Shown: positions 8,332 through 21,311, numbered from the stretch's first letter. The stretch: DNA of 64,000 bases from an uncultured Rhodospirillaceae bacterium (GCA_964542425.1 CAZIUB010000044.1:8443-72442), one strand, 5' to 3'. The notes: generated from the sequence alone by a model not told the origin. A program made the numbers and translations.

Positions 8332-10398
8332 ATGACTCGCGACCCGCGCTACGACATCCTGTTCGAGCCGGTCCGCATCGGGCCGGTGACGGCCAAGAAC
8401 CGATTCTACCAGGTGCCGCATTGCAACGGCGCCGGCTATCGCGACCCTTCCGCCAATGCCGGCATGCGCCGGGTGAAGGCCGAGGGCGGCTGGGCAATCC
8501 TGTGTACCGAGCAGGTGGAAATCCACCATACTTCCGAGATCACGCCTTTCATCGAGTTGCGCCTCTGGGACGACGACGATCTGCCGATGCTCTCGCGCAT
8601 CGCCGAGGCGATCCATGCAGGCGGTGCCTTGGCCGGAATCGAGCTTTGCTACAGTGGCATGAACGGCCCCAATCTCTATTCGCGTGAGACACCGATGGGG
8701 CCGATGCACCTGCCGATCGCCACCTTCACCAACGAGCCGGTGCAGGCCCGCGCCATGGACGCCCGAGACATCGCCAACCTCAGGGCCTGGCATCGTAAGG
8801 CGGCACTCCGCGCCAGGAAGGCGGGGTTCGACCTCGTCCATATCTATGGCGCGCATGGCTTCGGCGCCGTGCAGCATTTCCTGTCGCGCGATACCAACCA
8901 GCGCACGGACGAATATGGCGGTTCGCTCGCGAACCGGGCGCGGCTGTTGCGGGAATTGATCGAGGACACCAAGGATGCAATCGGCGATACGAGCGCGGTG
9001 GCGGTCCGCCTGTCGCTGGGCGATGCCACCGGCGAGGGCGGCCTCTCCAATGACGAGGTTCGAGATGTCATCGGCATGCTGGGCGAACTTCCCGATCTTT
9101 GGGACTTCGCCATGCACAGCTGGGAGGAATGCTCCGGCACCTCGCGCTTCGCCGAGGAGGGCCATCAGGAAAGCCTGGTCAAGGGGCTGAAGGCGCTCAC
9201 CACCAAGCCGGTCGTCGGTGTCGGGCGATTCACCTCGCCCGATGCCATGGTGCGCCAGGTGAGTTCAGGCATCCTGGATCTGATCGGCGCGGCCAGGCCC
9301 TCGATCGCCGATCCGTTCCTGCCCCGGAAGATCGAGGAAGGCCGGCTCGACGACATCCGCGAATGCATCGGCTGCAACATCTGTGTGGCCGGCGACATGA
9401 CCGGGTCGCTCTCGCGCTGCACGCAGAATCCGACGTTCATGGAGGAATGGCGCAAAGGCTGGCACCCGGAAATCATGCGCGCGAAGGAATCGCAATCGCG
9501 CGTGCTGGTGGTGGGCGGGGGCCCCGCCGGGCTGTCGGCGGCGCAGGGGTTGGGACTTCGCGGCTACGAGGTGGCGCTCGCCGAGGCCTTGACCGAGCTT
9601 GGCGGCCGGGTCAGTGCCGAGCGCGGATTACCCGGGCTCTCCGCCTGGGGCCGGGTCGCCGATTATCGCCGGGGCCAGATCGCCAAGATGCCGAACGTTC
9701 AGGTCTATTTCGAATCCCGGCTTTCAGTCGATGACGTGCTGGGCATGGGATTCGACCAGGTGGCGGTGGCGACGGGTTCGCGCTGGCGCAAGGATGGCGT
9801 GGCGCGGTTCCACACCAAGGCGATCCCCATCGATCCCACCATGCGGGTGCTGACGCCCGACGATCTGATGGCCGGCGTGAGGCCCACGGGTCGCGTAATC
9901 GTCTATGACGACGACCATTACTACATGGGTGGCGTATTGGCGGAATTGCTGGCCCGGAACGGCAACCAGGTGATCCTGGTGACGCCGGCAACCAGGGTCT
10001 CGGATTGGAGCTGGAACACCCTGGAACAGGTCAGGATTCAGCGGCGCCTGATCGAGTTCGGCGTTCAGATTCATGTCACCCATGCGCTCGGCAGGATCAT
10101 GGCCGAGGGGGTACAATTGGCCTGCGTCTATTCCGGCCGCACACTTGAGTTGCGTTGCGAGGCAGTCTTGCTGGTGACGGCGCGGCTGCCGGAGGATTCG
10201 CTTTATCTTGGCCTGAAGGCGCGGGAAGGCGAATGGAAGGCGGCCGGAATCAAATCGGTGAAGGTGATCGGCGATGCCGAGGCGCCCGCGCCCATCGCCT
10301 GGGCCACCTATGCCGGCCATCGCTATGCCGAGGAACTGGACGCGCCCGATCGCGGCGATGCGCTTCCTTTCAAGCGCGAGGTGGCGAGGCTGGAATAG
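8332..10398 (+). CDS. Histamine dehydrogenase-like flavoenzyme (TMADH/DMADH family; cysteinyl-FMN, [4Fe-4S])
   Basis: NRFYQVPHCNG covalent-FMN motif, CIGCNIC...C cluster, GGGPAG ADP site; closely resembles Nocardioides histamine dehydrogenase as I recall it. Confidence 0.85.
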   Translation: MTRDPRYDILFEPVRIGPVTAKNRFYQVPHCNGAGYRDPSANAGMRRVKAEGGWAILCTEQVEIHHTSEITPFIELRLWDDDDLPMLSRIAEAIHAGGALAGIELCYSGMNGPNLYSRETPMGPMHLPIATFTNEPVQARAMDARDIANLRAWHRKAALRARKAGFDLVHIYGAHGFGAVQHFLSRDTNQRTDEYGGSLANRARLLRELIEDTKDAIGDTSAVAVRLSLGDATGEGGLSNDEVRDVIGMLGELPDLWDFAMHSWEECSGTSRFAEEGHQESLVKGLKALTTKPVVGVGRFTSPDAMVRQVSSGILDLIGAARPSIADPFLPRKIEEGRLDDIRECIGCNICVAGDMTGSLSRCTQNPTFMEEWRKGWHPEIMRAKESQSRVLVVGGGPAGLSAAQGLGLRGYEVALAEALTELGGRVSAERGLPGLSAWGRVADYRRGQIAKMPNVQVYFESRLSVDDVLGMGFDQVAVATGSRWRKDGVARFHTKAIPIDPTMRVLTPDDLMAGVRPTGRVIVYDDDHYYMGGVLAELLARNGNQVILVTPATRVSDWSWNTLEQVRIQRRLIEFGVQIHVTHALGRIMAEGVQLACVYSGRTLELRCEAVLLVTARLPEDSLYLGLKAREGEWKAAGIKSVKVIGDAEAPAPIAWATYAGHRYAEELDAPDRGDALPFKREVARLE

Positions 10399-10446
10399 AG
10401 CCTTCCAGCGCTGGACGCGGACGACGTGTGGCGTATGATCACCGTC

Positions 10447-10671
10447 ATGTCCGAACCCAAGACAACAGCGGAGCCCCGGTCCGAATGGCCGCCCGGGGCC
10501 AATCCATTGCCCGCCCGCCCCAAGGAGAGACCGGCGGATCGGCGGCCCGAATTCGGCGGCCCGAAGGGTCCGGAACCAACGCGTTACGGCGATTGGGAGC
10601 GGAACGGACGGGTCAGCGATTTTTTGGCCCTGTTTGCGAACTCGGTTTGGAGCCGCGATGCCGGGATGTGA
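10447..10671 (+). CDS. DUF1674 (SDHAF4-like) protein with element-derived C-terminal extension
   Basis: [25 protein letters not shown] motif, normally terminal. Confidence 0.85.
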   Translation: MSEPKTTAEPRSEWPPGANPLPARPKERPADRRPEFGGPKGPEPTRYGDWERNGRVSDFLALFANSVWSRDAGM

Positions 10672-10926
10672 TGCGAATGCGAGGCACCAAGGCCCTGCCG
10701 ACGCAAGTCGGCCTTTAGGCCTTTGGGGCGATGTGGGGCATCGGCGAGACTTGGGCCAACGCGCGGCCCAAGCGCGCAAGTCCCGTCATCCCGAGGGGCC
10801 TACGCGCGCGGGTGCCCGATTATCGATGCCGAAAGCCTCGACCATGATCCCGCCATGGCCATTGGCTTGATTCTCGACCACCCGCGCGGTAACGCAGCCC
10901 GAAAGGAGTTGGTAAACAGGACCTAG
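10623..10926. mobile_element. MITE-like element D (~300 bp) with 17-bp imperfect TIRs
   Basis: GCCCTGTTTGCGAACTC / GAGTTGGTAAACAGGAC (14/17), right flank CTAG. Confidence 0.75.
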
Positions 10927-10982
10927 TCGCGCTCACCGCGAAGTGATTGGGTAGTGGGAGGCTGGGTGGCTATGGTGCGGCG

Positions 10983-11867
10983 ATGAAAGTTCCTCTGGTT
11001 AAAATCCCTTTGGCCGCGATCATTGTTGTTCTGGGCGTCCCATTGGGCGCCTTGTCGTCACCCCCGGCGATGGCCCAATCCACCTCCGATTATTCGGCGG
11101 GCTTCGCTGCCCCGCCTTCGGGCGGGACGAGTGAGCCCGGCTTGCCGCTCGAGGACGGGGAATCGGTGGCGCCTGGCGCCGAAAAAATCGTGCTCTCGAC
11201 CGTGCCGGCGCCGATCGTGGCCGAGCTTTTCACCTCGGAGGGGTGCAATTCCTGTCCGCCGGCCGATGAATTGCTCGGCGAATTGCGCGAACGGCAATTC
11301 GTGCTGCCGCTCTCCTATCACGTCGATTATTGGGATTACATCGGCTGGAAGGATCGTTTCGCCCGGCCGGAATTCACCGCCCGCCAGCGCGCCTATGCCG
11401 AGGCCCAGGGCTCCCGCATGGTCTATACCCCGCAGATGATCGTGGCTGGGGCGATCGACGTGGTCGGTTCCGACCGCAAGGAAGTCAACAAGGCGTTGAA
11501 GCGGGCCTTCACCCGTAATGCCATGTATTCGATCCAGGTGTTCCGCGGCGGCGACGGCGGGGTGATCGCCCGCTTCCCCGAGGCACCGATCGGGGTCCCG
11601 GCGACGATCTGGCTGGTGACCTATGTCAAGCGCGCCGAGAGCGACGTGAAAAGAGGCGAGAACGCCGGGCGTCGCCTGGTCACCTACAATGTCGTGCGCT
11701 CGATCCAGCGGATCGGCGAATGGCGGGGCCAAGCCATGGAATTGCCCGTAACCCTAGATTCGACCACCATGGAATTCGAGCCGGATTCCTGCGCGATCAT
11801 CGCCAACCAGGCCGGCGCCGGCCCGATCGTCGCGGCGGCTGCCTTCGATTATCACAAGGCCTGGTAG
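10983..11867 (+). CDS. DUF1223 thioredoxin-like secreted protein
   Basis: ELFTSEGCNSCPPAD, HVDYWDYIGWKD, YTPQM. Confidence 0.9.
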   Translation: MKVPLVKIPLAAIIVVLGVPLGALSSPPAMAQSTSDYSAGFAAPPSGGTSEPGLPLEDGESVAPGAEKIVLSTVPAPIVAELFTSEGCNSCPPADELLGELRERQFVLPLSYHVDYWDYIGWKDRFARPEFTARQRAYAEAQGSRMVYTPQMIVAGAIDVVGSDRKEVNKALKRAFTRNAMYSIQVFRGGDGGVIARFPEAPIGVPATIWLVTYVKRAESDVKRGENAGRRLVTYNVVRSIQRIGEWRGQAMELPVTLDSTTMEFEPDSCAIIANQAGAGPIVAAAAFDYHKAW

Positions 11868-11923
11868 AAGCGACCACTTCCCGCCTTTTCGCGCGGAATG
11901 CGCCGGGCTATGTATGTCGAACC

Positions 11924-12892
11924 ATGAATATTCCCTATCTGGACGCGGCGGAGGTCGCGCGGCTCCTGGATTATCCGGCGCTGATCCAGGCGTTGCGCGC
12001 GGGCTTCGCCGCCGATTGGACGGTGCCGGCCCGCCACCATTATTCGATTCCGATGCCGGGGGGAGAGCCTGACCAGACCCTGCTGTTGATGCCGGCCTGG
12101 GACGCGGGAAAATCGATCGGGGTCAAGCTGGCGACGATCACGCCAGGGAACGGCGCGCGCGGCCTGCCGGCGGTGCAGGCGGTCTATTTCCTGCTCGACG
12201 GCGCGACCGGGGCGCCCCTGGCGCTCCTGGATGGCGCGACGCTCACCATCCGGCGTACGGCGGCCGCCTCGGCGCTGGCGGCAGGATATCTCGCGCGCCC
12301 TGATGCCACCACAATGCTGATGGTAGGCGCGGGCGCCATGTGCCGGCCGCTCATAGAGGCGCATTGCGCCCAGCGCCGAATCACCAGGGTTCTGCTATGG
12401 GCGCGCGATGACACGAAGTGCCGGGCCAAGGTCCGGGAATTGGCCGCGATCGGTCTGCCGGTCGAGCCGGCCCTGGTCCTGAAGGCCTCGGCCGGCGCGG
12501 CCGATCTTATTTCCTGCGCCACCTTGTCGCGCGAACCCTTGATCAGGGGCGCCTGGCTGAAGCCGGGCTGTCATCTCGATCTCGTCGGCGCCTTCACGCC
12601 GGAGATGCGCGAGGTGGACGATGGCGCGATCGGGCGGGCCAGCCTCTTTTGCGACACCCGCGAAGGCGCGATGAAGGAGGGCGGCGATCTGGTTCAACCG
12701 CTCAGGGCCGGCCTCATCACCGAGGAGGCGATCAAGGCCGATCTTCGCGACCTCGTTTGCCACCGGCACAAGGGGCGGATGAGCGAGGACGAGATCACGC
12801 TCTTCAAATCGGTCGGCACCGCGACCGAGGATTTCGCCGCCGCGAGGCTGGCACTCGAACGAGCGGGGATCGTTTCAGCCCGCCCCGGCTGA
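11924..12892 (+). CDS. Ornithine cyclodeaminase/mu-crystallin family protein
   Basis: LLLMPAW, RRTAAAS, GAG, LFKSVG.A.ED. Confidence 0.9.
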   Translation: MNIPYLDAAEVARLLDYPALIQALRAGFAADWTVPARHHYSIPMPGGEPDQTLLLMPAWDAGKSIGVKLATITPGNGARGLPAVQAVYFLLDGATGAPLALLDGATLTIRRTAAASALAAGYLARPDATTMLMVGAGAMCRPLIEAHCAQRRITRVLLWARDDTKCRAKVRELAAIGLPVEPALVLKASAGAADLISCATLSREPLIRGAWLKPGCHLDLVGAFTPEMREVDDGAIGRASLFCDTREGAMKEGGDLVQPLRAGLITEEAIKADLRDLVCHRHKGRMSEDEITLFKSVGTATEDFAAARLALERAGIVSARPG

Positions 12893-12911
12893 CGGATTTG
12901 GAGCGCCTACC

Positions 12912-14777
<1,866 letters not shown>

Positions 14778-14816
14778 GGGCAACCTCTTGGGGGCAAAAT
14801 CGCGGGTTCGGTCGCT

Positions 14817-14846
14817 GATATGCGCAATTCACGCCTCCGGTTCAAG
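14817..14846 (-). promoter_or_regulatory. RpoH (sigma32)-like promoter of htpG
   Basis: CTTGAA-N16/17-(C)GCATATC upstream of a heat-shock gene. Confidence 0.6.
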
Positions 14847-14911
14847 GGCCGCTGATTGCGCCTTTGCAGCCGGTCCACAATCTGCCAGCATCCGAAAGCA
14901 ACGATCCGCGG

Positions 14912-15601
14912 ATGGCGGGAATTGTGCGTTTGATCTCATGTCTTCTGGCCCTGGCCCTGACAGCGATGGCTGCAGGGCTGCCCCGATCAGCCACCGCCGG
15001 TGAGCTTGACGCGCTTTATCGCGCCGAAGGGGCGGATGCCGATGGGCGAACCTATGCGGGCGAGGTTCGGATTCAATCCCTGGGCAAGGCGCAGGCGGTG
15101 TTGTGGCGCCTGGAAAGCGGCGAGGCCTATAAGGGCCTGGGTCTGGTTGCTGATGGCGTGCTGGGCGTTGCCTATGGCCCGCCCGAGGCTAAGTTCGGGA
15201 TCGTCGTCTATCGCATCCAGGATGGCATATTGGACGGTATCTGGGCCATGCCCGATTCGGCAAAGGCCGCGATCGGGCGCGAAATCCTCGAAGGCTCGCC
15301 CGATTTGGCTGGGGATTACCGCATCACGCTTGGCGAAAATCCCGATGGCCAAACCAATTACACCGGCAAAGTTCACATCCAGCGCCAGGGCGAGGTCTAT
15401 CTGATGGCCTGGTTAACGCCTGGCGGTAAGATCAGCGCGCTTGGCCTCGGCGTGCGCCAGGGCGATGTAATGGCGGTCGCCTATGGCGCCAGCCTCAAAG
15501 GCATCGGCTCGGTCGCCTACAAGATCGAAGGCAGCCATCTCGAAGGCGTGTGGTCGAGCGGCAGGAAAACGCTCGGCCGCGAGACCTTGACGCGGCAATA
15601 G
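14912..15601 (+). CDS. Secreted hypothetical protein with a tandemly duplicated beta-rich domain
   Basis: Signal peptide; two copies of Y..G..PDG..Y.G.V.I...W...GLG....VAYG...Y.I....L.G.W....GRE.L. Confidence 0.7.
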   Translation: MAGIVRLISCLLALALTAMAAGLPRSATAGELDALYRAEGADADGRTYAGEVRIQSLGKAQAVLWRLESGEAYKGLGLVADGVLGVAYGPPEAKFGIVVYRIQDGILDGIWAMPDSAKAAIGREILEGSPDLAGDYRITLGENPDGQTNYTGKVHIQRQGEVYLMAWLTPGGKISALGLGVRQGDVMAVAYGASLKGIGSVAYKIEGSHLEGVWSSGRKTLGRETLTRQ

Positions 15602-15667
15602 GTGTTCTCTCATTGTTCCAGGTGCCACGCCCGCGACGCTGCCCCGCGAAAGACCGTGCTTTCCCCT

Positions 15668-15760
15668 TGCCTTTCCGGGGTTGAGGGCTATATTCCCGGC
15701 AAATCCCAAGGTCGACAAGATCGACGATAGAAGGGTGGGCCGAAAGAGCCCGCCTTTTTT
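15668..15760 (+). promoter_or_regulatory. rimP operon promoter and leader hairpin/terminator
   Basis: TTGCCT...TATATT; GGTGGGC-loop-GCCCGCC-T6 at 15731-15760, typical of rimP leaders. Confidence 0.6.
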
Positions 15761-15819
15761 GTTGCCCGCCCGGCGCCCCCGGGGCGCCTAAGCGGCGGGC
15801 CATCGGTCTTCGGCCGCTC

Positions 15820-16347
15820 GTGTTCGTAACCGGATTGGAATTGGTGTTGAGCGAAAGGATCGCGCGCCTCATAACGCCTGCCATCGAGGCCATGGGCTTC
15901 GATCTGGTGCGTGTGCAATTGTCCGGGAGCCAGCGCCCGACCCTGCAGATCATGGCCGAGCCCGTGGATGGAAGGTCGATGTCGGTCGATGATTGCGCCC
16001 TGATCTCGCGCGCGATCTCGGCAATTCTCGACGTCGAGGACCCGATCGCGGGAGCCTATTCCCTGGAAGTGAGTTCGCCCGGTATCGACCGGCCGCTGAC
16101 CCGGCCCAAGGATTTCCGGCGCTACCAGGGTCACGCGGCCAAGATCGAGACCGACCAGCCGCTGGAAGGGCGCAAGAGGTTCAAGGGCAGAATCGGTGCC
16201 GTGTCGGAAGGGGCGGTCGTTCTCGATTGCGATGGCGAGGCGATCAGCCTGCCGATCGAGCGGATTCACAAGGCCAAGCTGGTGCTGACCGATTCCCTGA
16301 TCGCCGCCCACCAGGCGGGGCCAGCGCCAACTTTCGAAAATGTGTGA
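15820..16347 (+). CDS. rimP: Ribosome maturation factor RimP
   Basis: LEVSSPGIDRPL; exact start uncertain; stop codon lies inside repeat A2. Confidence 0.95.
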   Translation: MFVTGLELVLSERIARLITPAIEAMGFDLVRVQLSGSQRPTLQIMAEPVDGRSMSVDDCALISRAISAILDVEDPIAGAYSLEVSSPGIDRPLTRPKDFRRYQGHAAKIETDQPLEGRKRFKGRIGAVSEGAVVLDCDGEAISLPIERIHKAKLVLTDSLIAAHQAGPAPTFENV

Positions 16348-16471
16348 TCCATGAAACGCACCCAACGTTCCACGAAAGTCGGGCCGCATGTTACCAATTG
16401 ATGAGTCGCCCGCCGGCGCGCATTGGCGGGGTCGAATTGCGGAATCACCGATCCGCGACGGCGGGTACTAG
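16321..16471 (+). repeat. Repeat family A, copy A2
   Basis: CCAGCGCCAACTTTCG...GGCGGGTACTAG, 151 bp. Confidence 0.93.
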
Positions 16472-16515
16472 GGTGGGCAGGCGATTACAATGCAAGATCA
16501 AGCACGGGGCTAGAG

Positions 16516-18042
16516 ATGGAACAAACGATTGCCATTCCACGCATGGAATTGCTGCAGGTCGCCGACGCGGTGGCGCGCGAAAAGGGGATCGACCGGGACG
16601 AGGTGCTGATCGCCATGGAACAGGCGATCCAGAAGGCGGGCCGTTCGAAATACGGCCACGAGCACGACATTCGCGCCAGCATCGACCGCAAGAGCGGCGA
16701 AATCCGCCTCACTCGCGTGCGCGAGGTGGTGGAGAATGTCGAGAACGAGGTGACGCAACTCTCGCTGCCCCAGGCCCAGCGCCTCGATGCCAAACTTGGC
16801 TTGGGCGATTTCATCGTCGATGAATTGCCGCCCATCGATTTCGGCCGCATCGCCGCCCAGACCGCGAAGCAAGTGATCGTGCAGAAGGTGCGCGAATCCG
16901 AGCGCAAGCGCCAGTTCGAGGAATTCAAGGACCGCAAGAGCGAGATCATCAACGGCCTGGTGAAGCGCACCGAATTCGGCAACGTCACGGTTGATCTGGG
17001 TCGCGGCGAGGCCCTGCTGCGGCGCGACGAATTACTGCCGCGCGAGACCTTCCGCAACGGCGATCGGGTGCGGGCGCTGATCCTGGACGTGCGCGAGGAA
17101 TCGCGCGGGCCCCAGATCTTCCTGTCGCGCACCCATCCGACCTTCATGGCCAAGCTCTTTGCCCAGGAAGTGCCGGAAATCTACGACAGCATCATCGAGA
17201 TCAAATCGGTCGCCCGCGATCCCGGCAGCCGCGCCAAGATCGCGGTCGTCTCGCGCGACAGCAGCATCGATCCGGTGGGGGCGTGCGTGGGCATGCGCGG
17301 CAGTCGCGTCCAGGCCGTGGTGCAAGAGCTACAGGGCGAGAAGATCGACATCATCCCCTGGTCGGCCGACAACGCGACCTTTGTGGTGAACGCATTGGCC
17401 CCGGCCGAAGTGTCCAAGGTGGTTCTCGACGAGGATTCCGGGCGCATAGAGGTGGTGGTGCCCGACGACCAATTGTCGCTGGCCATCGGGCGGCGCGGGC
17501 AGAATGTGCGCCTGGCCTCGCAATTGACCGGGTTCGAGATCGACATTCTGACCGATGCCCAGGAATCGGAGCGCCGGCAGGAGGAGTTCCGAACCCGTTC
17601 GCAGATGTTCATGGATGCCCTCGATGTCGACGACGTGATCGCCCATCTGCTGGTGACCGAGGGCTTCGCCAGCGTCGAGGAAGTGGCCTTCATCCCGACC
17701 GAGGAATTGCAGTCGATCGAGGGCTTCGACGAGGAAGTGGTGGTCGAACTGAAGAGCCGTGCCCAGGCTTGGCTCGAGGCGGAAAGCGAGCGGCTGACCG
17801 TCAAACGGCGGGAATTGGGCGTGGCCGAGGAGGTGGCGGCGATCAACGGCCTCACGCCGGCCATGCTGGTGGTGTTGGGCGAGAAGGGGATCAAGTCGCT
17901 GGACGATCTCGCCGATCTCGCCGCCGACGAGCTGACCGACGAGAACGACGGGATTCTCAGGGACTTCACTGTTTCGATCGAGGACGCCAACAATATCATC
18001 ATGGCGGCGCGCGCCCATTGGTTCGACGGCGAGGAAAAATAG
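16516..18042 (+). CDS. nusA: Transcription factor NusA
   Basis: [37 protein letters not shown]. Confidence 0.98.
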   Translation: MEQTIAIPRMELLQVADAVAREKGIDRDEVLIAMEQAIQKAGRSKYGHEHDIRASIDRKSGEIRLTRVREVVENVENEVTQLSLPQAQRLDAKLGLGDFIVDELPPIDFGRIAAQTAKQVIVQKVRESERKRQFEEFKDRKSEIINGLVKRTEFGNVTVDLGRGEALLRRDELLPRETFRNGDRVRALILDVREESRGPQIFLSRTHPTFMAKLFAQEVPEIYDSIIEIKSVARDPGSRAKIAVVSRDSSIDPVGACVGMRGSRVQAVVQELQGEKIDIIPWSADNATFVVNALAPAEVSKVVLDEDSGRIEVVVPDDQLSLAIGRRGQNVRLASQLTGFEIDILTDAQESERRQEEFRTRSQMFMDALDVDDVIAHLLVTEGFASVEEVAFIPTEELQSIEGFDEEVVVELKSRAQAWLEAESERLTVKRRELGVAEEVAAINGLTPAMLVVLGEKGIKSLDDLADLAADELTDENDGILRDFTVSIEDANNIIMAARAHWFDGEEK

Positions 18043-18045
18043 GCT

Positions 18046-18702
18046 GTGATGGTCGTGGAGCCACGGACCCTGACCCGGCTGGCGGCGGAGATGGCCGAGG
18101 CCGAGCCCGATGCTGCCGGGCCAAGGCGCCGGTGCATCGTCACTCGTGCGCTTGCCGAGAAGAATGCGATGATCCGCTTCGTGCTCGATCCCTCGGGCGT
18201 GGTGACGCCGGATCTTAAGGCAAGATTGCCGGGGCGCGGGCTGTGGGTCATGGCTGATCGGGAGGTGCTCCAGAAGGCGGTCGAGCGCAACGCCTTCGCC
18301 AAGGCGGCGAAGACCATGGCGATGGTGCCGGCCGATCTTGGGGATCGGGTTCGGGATTTGGCCGAGCGCGAGGTCATCGAGTTGATCGGCCTCGCCAAGC
18401 GCGCGGGCCAATTGGTCGCCGGATTCGAGAAAGTCCGGGCGGTATTGCGCCGGGGCAAGGTGCGCCTGCTGCTGGCTGCCAGCGACGCCGCCGAGGACGG
18501 ACGAGGAAAACTGGCGCGGCTGGCCGAACCTGGAGTAGATATCCGGGCGCCCCTGAATGCGGCCGCCTTGGCCTCCGCCCTCGGGCGCGAGCACGCGGTC
18601 CATGTGGCGGTCACGGCCTCGGGATTGGCGGAGCGGCTGGCCGTGGCGATCGCGCGGCTGGAAGGCCTCGCCGCGAGGGAACGGCAACGGATTACGCATT
18701 GA
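18046..18702 (+). CDS. YlxR/DUF448 plus L7Ae-like RNA-binding protein
   Basis: [25 protein letters not shown]; between nusA and infB. Confidence 0.88.
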   Translation: MMVVEPRTLTRLAAEMAEAEPDAAGPRRRCIVTRALAEKNAMIRFVLDPSGVVTPDLKARLPGRGLWVMADREVLQKAVERNAFAKAAKTMAMVPADLGDRVRDLAEREVIELIGLAKRAGQLVAGFEKVRAVLRRGKVRLLLAASDAAEDGRGKLARLAEPGVDIRAPLNAAALASALGREHAVHVAVTASGLAERLAVAIARLEGLAARERQRITH

Positions 18703-18722
18703 CGCGGGATCAGACGGGAAAG

Positions 18723-21311
18723 ATGACCAACGAAACCGAGACCCAGACGCGCAAGCCGCTGAAGCTCCATTCGCCGGGCAAGCTCGAGTTGAAGAAGACG
18801 GTCGACGGCGGCCAGGTGCGGCAGAGCTTTCCGCACGGCCGCTCCAAGACCGTGGCCGTCGAGGTCAAGAAGAAGCGGACTTTTGCTCCCGGTGTCGGCG
18901 GCAAGATGGAAGCGGTCAGCGAAGCAGAGGCCAAGCGAGCGGAATTCACCGCACTGGCCGCCGCGGCCGCCGCGGCGCTCGACCATCACGGCCTCACCCA
19001 GCAGGAGCGCCTGGCCCGCCATAATGCGCTGGAACATGCGCTGAAGGACGACGACCACCGCCGGGTGCGCGAGATCGAAGAGGCCCAGCAGGCAGCCGAG
19101 CGTTTCGAACTCGAGCGTCAGGAACTGGAGCGCCGCCGACAGGTCGAGGAAGACGAGCGGCGTCGGCGCGAGGAAACCGAGGCCAAGGCCAAGATCGCCA
19201 AGGCGCCTGGCGAGGACGAGGAAGAAGGGCGCAAGCCGGCGAAACCGGCCAAGACGGGTGTCACGCCGGGATCGATGAAGGCGCATATGCACCGGCCGGC
19301 CATCGTGCCCGAAACCGACGACGAGGAAGGCGGAAGGGCGCGCCGGCCCGGCGGTCCCGGTCGCGCCGTGCCGATCAAGCCCAAGGCCCCCAGCCCGCGC
19401 GAGGAACCGAAACGGCGGATGGGCAAGCTGTCGATCAACCAGCTCCTGAGCGAGGACATGGGCGAACGCATGCGTTCGCTGGCCTCGGTCAAGCGCGCCA
19501 GGGAAAAGGAGCGCCGGCTGCTCCTCTTATCGCAGCAGGCCCCGCAAAAGATCGTGCGCGATGTGACGCTGCCCGAAACCATCACCGTTCAAGACCTGGC
19601 CAGCCGCATGGCCGAGCGCGGCGCCGACGTGATCAAGGCCTTGATGCGCATGGGGGTGATGGCCACCATCAACCAGGTGATCGACGCCGACACCGCCGAA
19701 TTGGTGATTGGCGAGTTCGGGCACAAGGCGCGCCGGGTCTCCGATTCCGATGTCGAGCTCGGCCTTAGCGGCGTCGTGGACCAGGCCGGGCAATTGCAGC
19801 CGCGCCCGCCGGTGGTGACGGTGATGGGCCACGTCGATCACGGCAAGACCTCGCTCCTGGATGCGTTGCGCCAGACCGATGTCGCGGCACACGAAGCTGG
19901 CGGCATCACCCAGCATATCGGCGCCTATCAGGTGACGCTCGCCAACGGGCGCAAGATCACCTTCATCGACACGCCCGGTCATGCCGCCTTCACCGAGATG
20001 CGCGCGCGCGGCGCCAACGTCACCGATATCGTTGTGCTGGTGGTGGCCGCCGATGACGGGATCATGCAGCAGACGGTGGAGGCGATCCGTCACGCCAAGG
20101 CGGCCAAGGCGCCGATCATCGTCGCCATCAACAAGATCGACAAGCCGGGCGCCGACGTGGCCCGGGTGCGCAACGAATTGCTGAGCCACGAATTGGTGGT
20201 CGAGGAACTGGGTGGCGACGTGCTCGCGGTCGAGGTGTCGGCCAAGCTGAAAACCAATCTCGACAAGCTCGAGGAGGCGTTGCTGCTGCAGGCCGAAATC
20301 CTGGATCTCAGGGCCAATCCGCTCCGGGCCGCCCAAGGTGCCGTGATCGAGGCCAAGCTGGAGCGCGGCCGGGGCACGGTTGCCACTTTGTTGGTGCAGA
20401 AGGGGACCATGCGCCAGGGCGATATCGTGGTCGCCGGCACCGAATGGGGCCGGGTGCGGGCGCTGCTGGACGATCGCGGCCGGCCGGTCGAGATTGCCGG
20501 CCCGGCGATGCCGGTCGAAATCCTGGGCCTGCAGGGCACGCCCCAAGCGGGCGACAATTTCGTGGTGGTGGAGAGCGAGACCAAGGCGCGCCAGATCACC
20601 GAGTATCGGATGCAGCGCCAGCGTCAGCTGGCGATGGCCGCGGCCAAGCGCTCGACCCTGGATCAGATGTTCACCAAGATTCAGGCCGGCGAGGCCAAGG
20701 AAGTCGCCGCCGTGGTCAAGGGCGACGTGCAGGGATCGGTCGAGGCGATCGTGAGTTCGCTGAAGCAACTGGCGACCGCGGAAGTGGGCGTGCGCATCCT
20801 GCACGCGGCGGTGGGCGGCATCAACGAAAGCGACGTGACGCTGGCCAGGGCCTCCGGCGGCCTGATCATCGGCTTCAATGTGCGCACCAATCCCCAGGCC
20901 CGCGAAATGGCCCGGCGCGACCATGTCGATATCCGCTACTATTCGATCATCTACAACGTGGTCGACGACATCACCGCGGCGATGACCGGCATGCTGGCGC
21001 CGACCTTGCGCGAGCGGTTCCTGGGCAACGCCGAGATTCGCGAGGTGTTCAACGTCACCAAGGCCGGCAAGGTGGCCGGCTGCATGGTGGTCGAGGGCAT
21101 CGTCAAGCGCGGCGCCAGGGTGCGCCTGTTGCGCGACAACGTGGTCGTTCACGAGGGCACACTGAAGACGTTGCGCCGCTTCAAGGACGAAGTGCGCGAG
21201 GTCAAGGAAGGATTCGAATGCGGCATGGCGTTCGAGAACTACCAGGACATCCAGGCCGGCGACGTCATCGAATGCTTTGAACTGGAAGAGGTGGCGCGCG
21301 CGCTGGCGTGA
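18723..21311 (+). CDS. infB: Translation initiation factor IF-2
   Basis: [17 protein letters not shown]. Confidence 0.98.
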   Translation: MTNETETQTRKPLKLHSPGKLELKKTVDGGQVRQSFPHGRSKTVAVEVKKKRTFAPGVGGKMEAVSEAEAKRAEFTALAAAAAAALDHHGLTQQERLARHNALEHALKDDDHRRVREIEEAQQAAERFELERQELERRRQVEEDERRRREETEAKAKIAKAPGEDEEEGRKPAKPAKTGVTPGSMKAHMHRPAIVPETDDEEGGRARRPGGPGRAVPIKPKAPSPREEPKRRMGKLSINQLLSEDMGERMRSLASVKRAREKERRLLLLSQQAPQKIVRDVTLPETITVQDLASRMAERGADVIKALMRMGVMATINQVIDADTAELVIGEFGHKARRVSDSDVELGLSGVVDQAGQLQPRPPVVTVMGHVDHGKTSLLDALRQTDVAAHEAGGITQHIGAYQVTLANGRKITFIDTPGHAAFTEMRARGANVTDIVVLVVAADDGIMQQTVEAIRHAKAAKAPIIVAINKIDKPGADVARVRNELLSHELVVEELGGDVLAVEVSAKLKTNLDKLEEALLLQAEILDLRANPLRAAQGAVIEAKLERGRGTVATLLVQKGTMRQGDIVVAGTEWGRVRALLDDRGRPVEIAGPAMPVEILGLQGTPQAGDNFVVVESETKARQITEYRMQRQRQLAMAAAKRSTLDQMFTKIQAGEAKEVAAVVKGDVQGSVEAIVSSLKQLATAEVGVRILHAAVGGINESDVTLARASGGLIIGFNVRTNPQAREMARRDHVDIRYYSIIYNVVDDITAAMTGMLAPTLRERFLGNAEIREVFNVTKAGKVAGCMVVEGIVKRGARVRLLRDNVVVHEGTLKTLRRFKDEVREVKEGFECGMAFENYQDIQAGDVIECFELEEVARALA

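Noticed and set aside
5255..10926. Genomic island integrated at tRNA-Arg
   Set aside because: No integrase, no duplicated tRNA 3' end noticed, and codon style matches the host.
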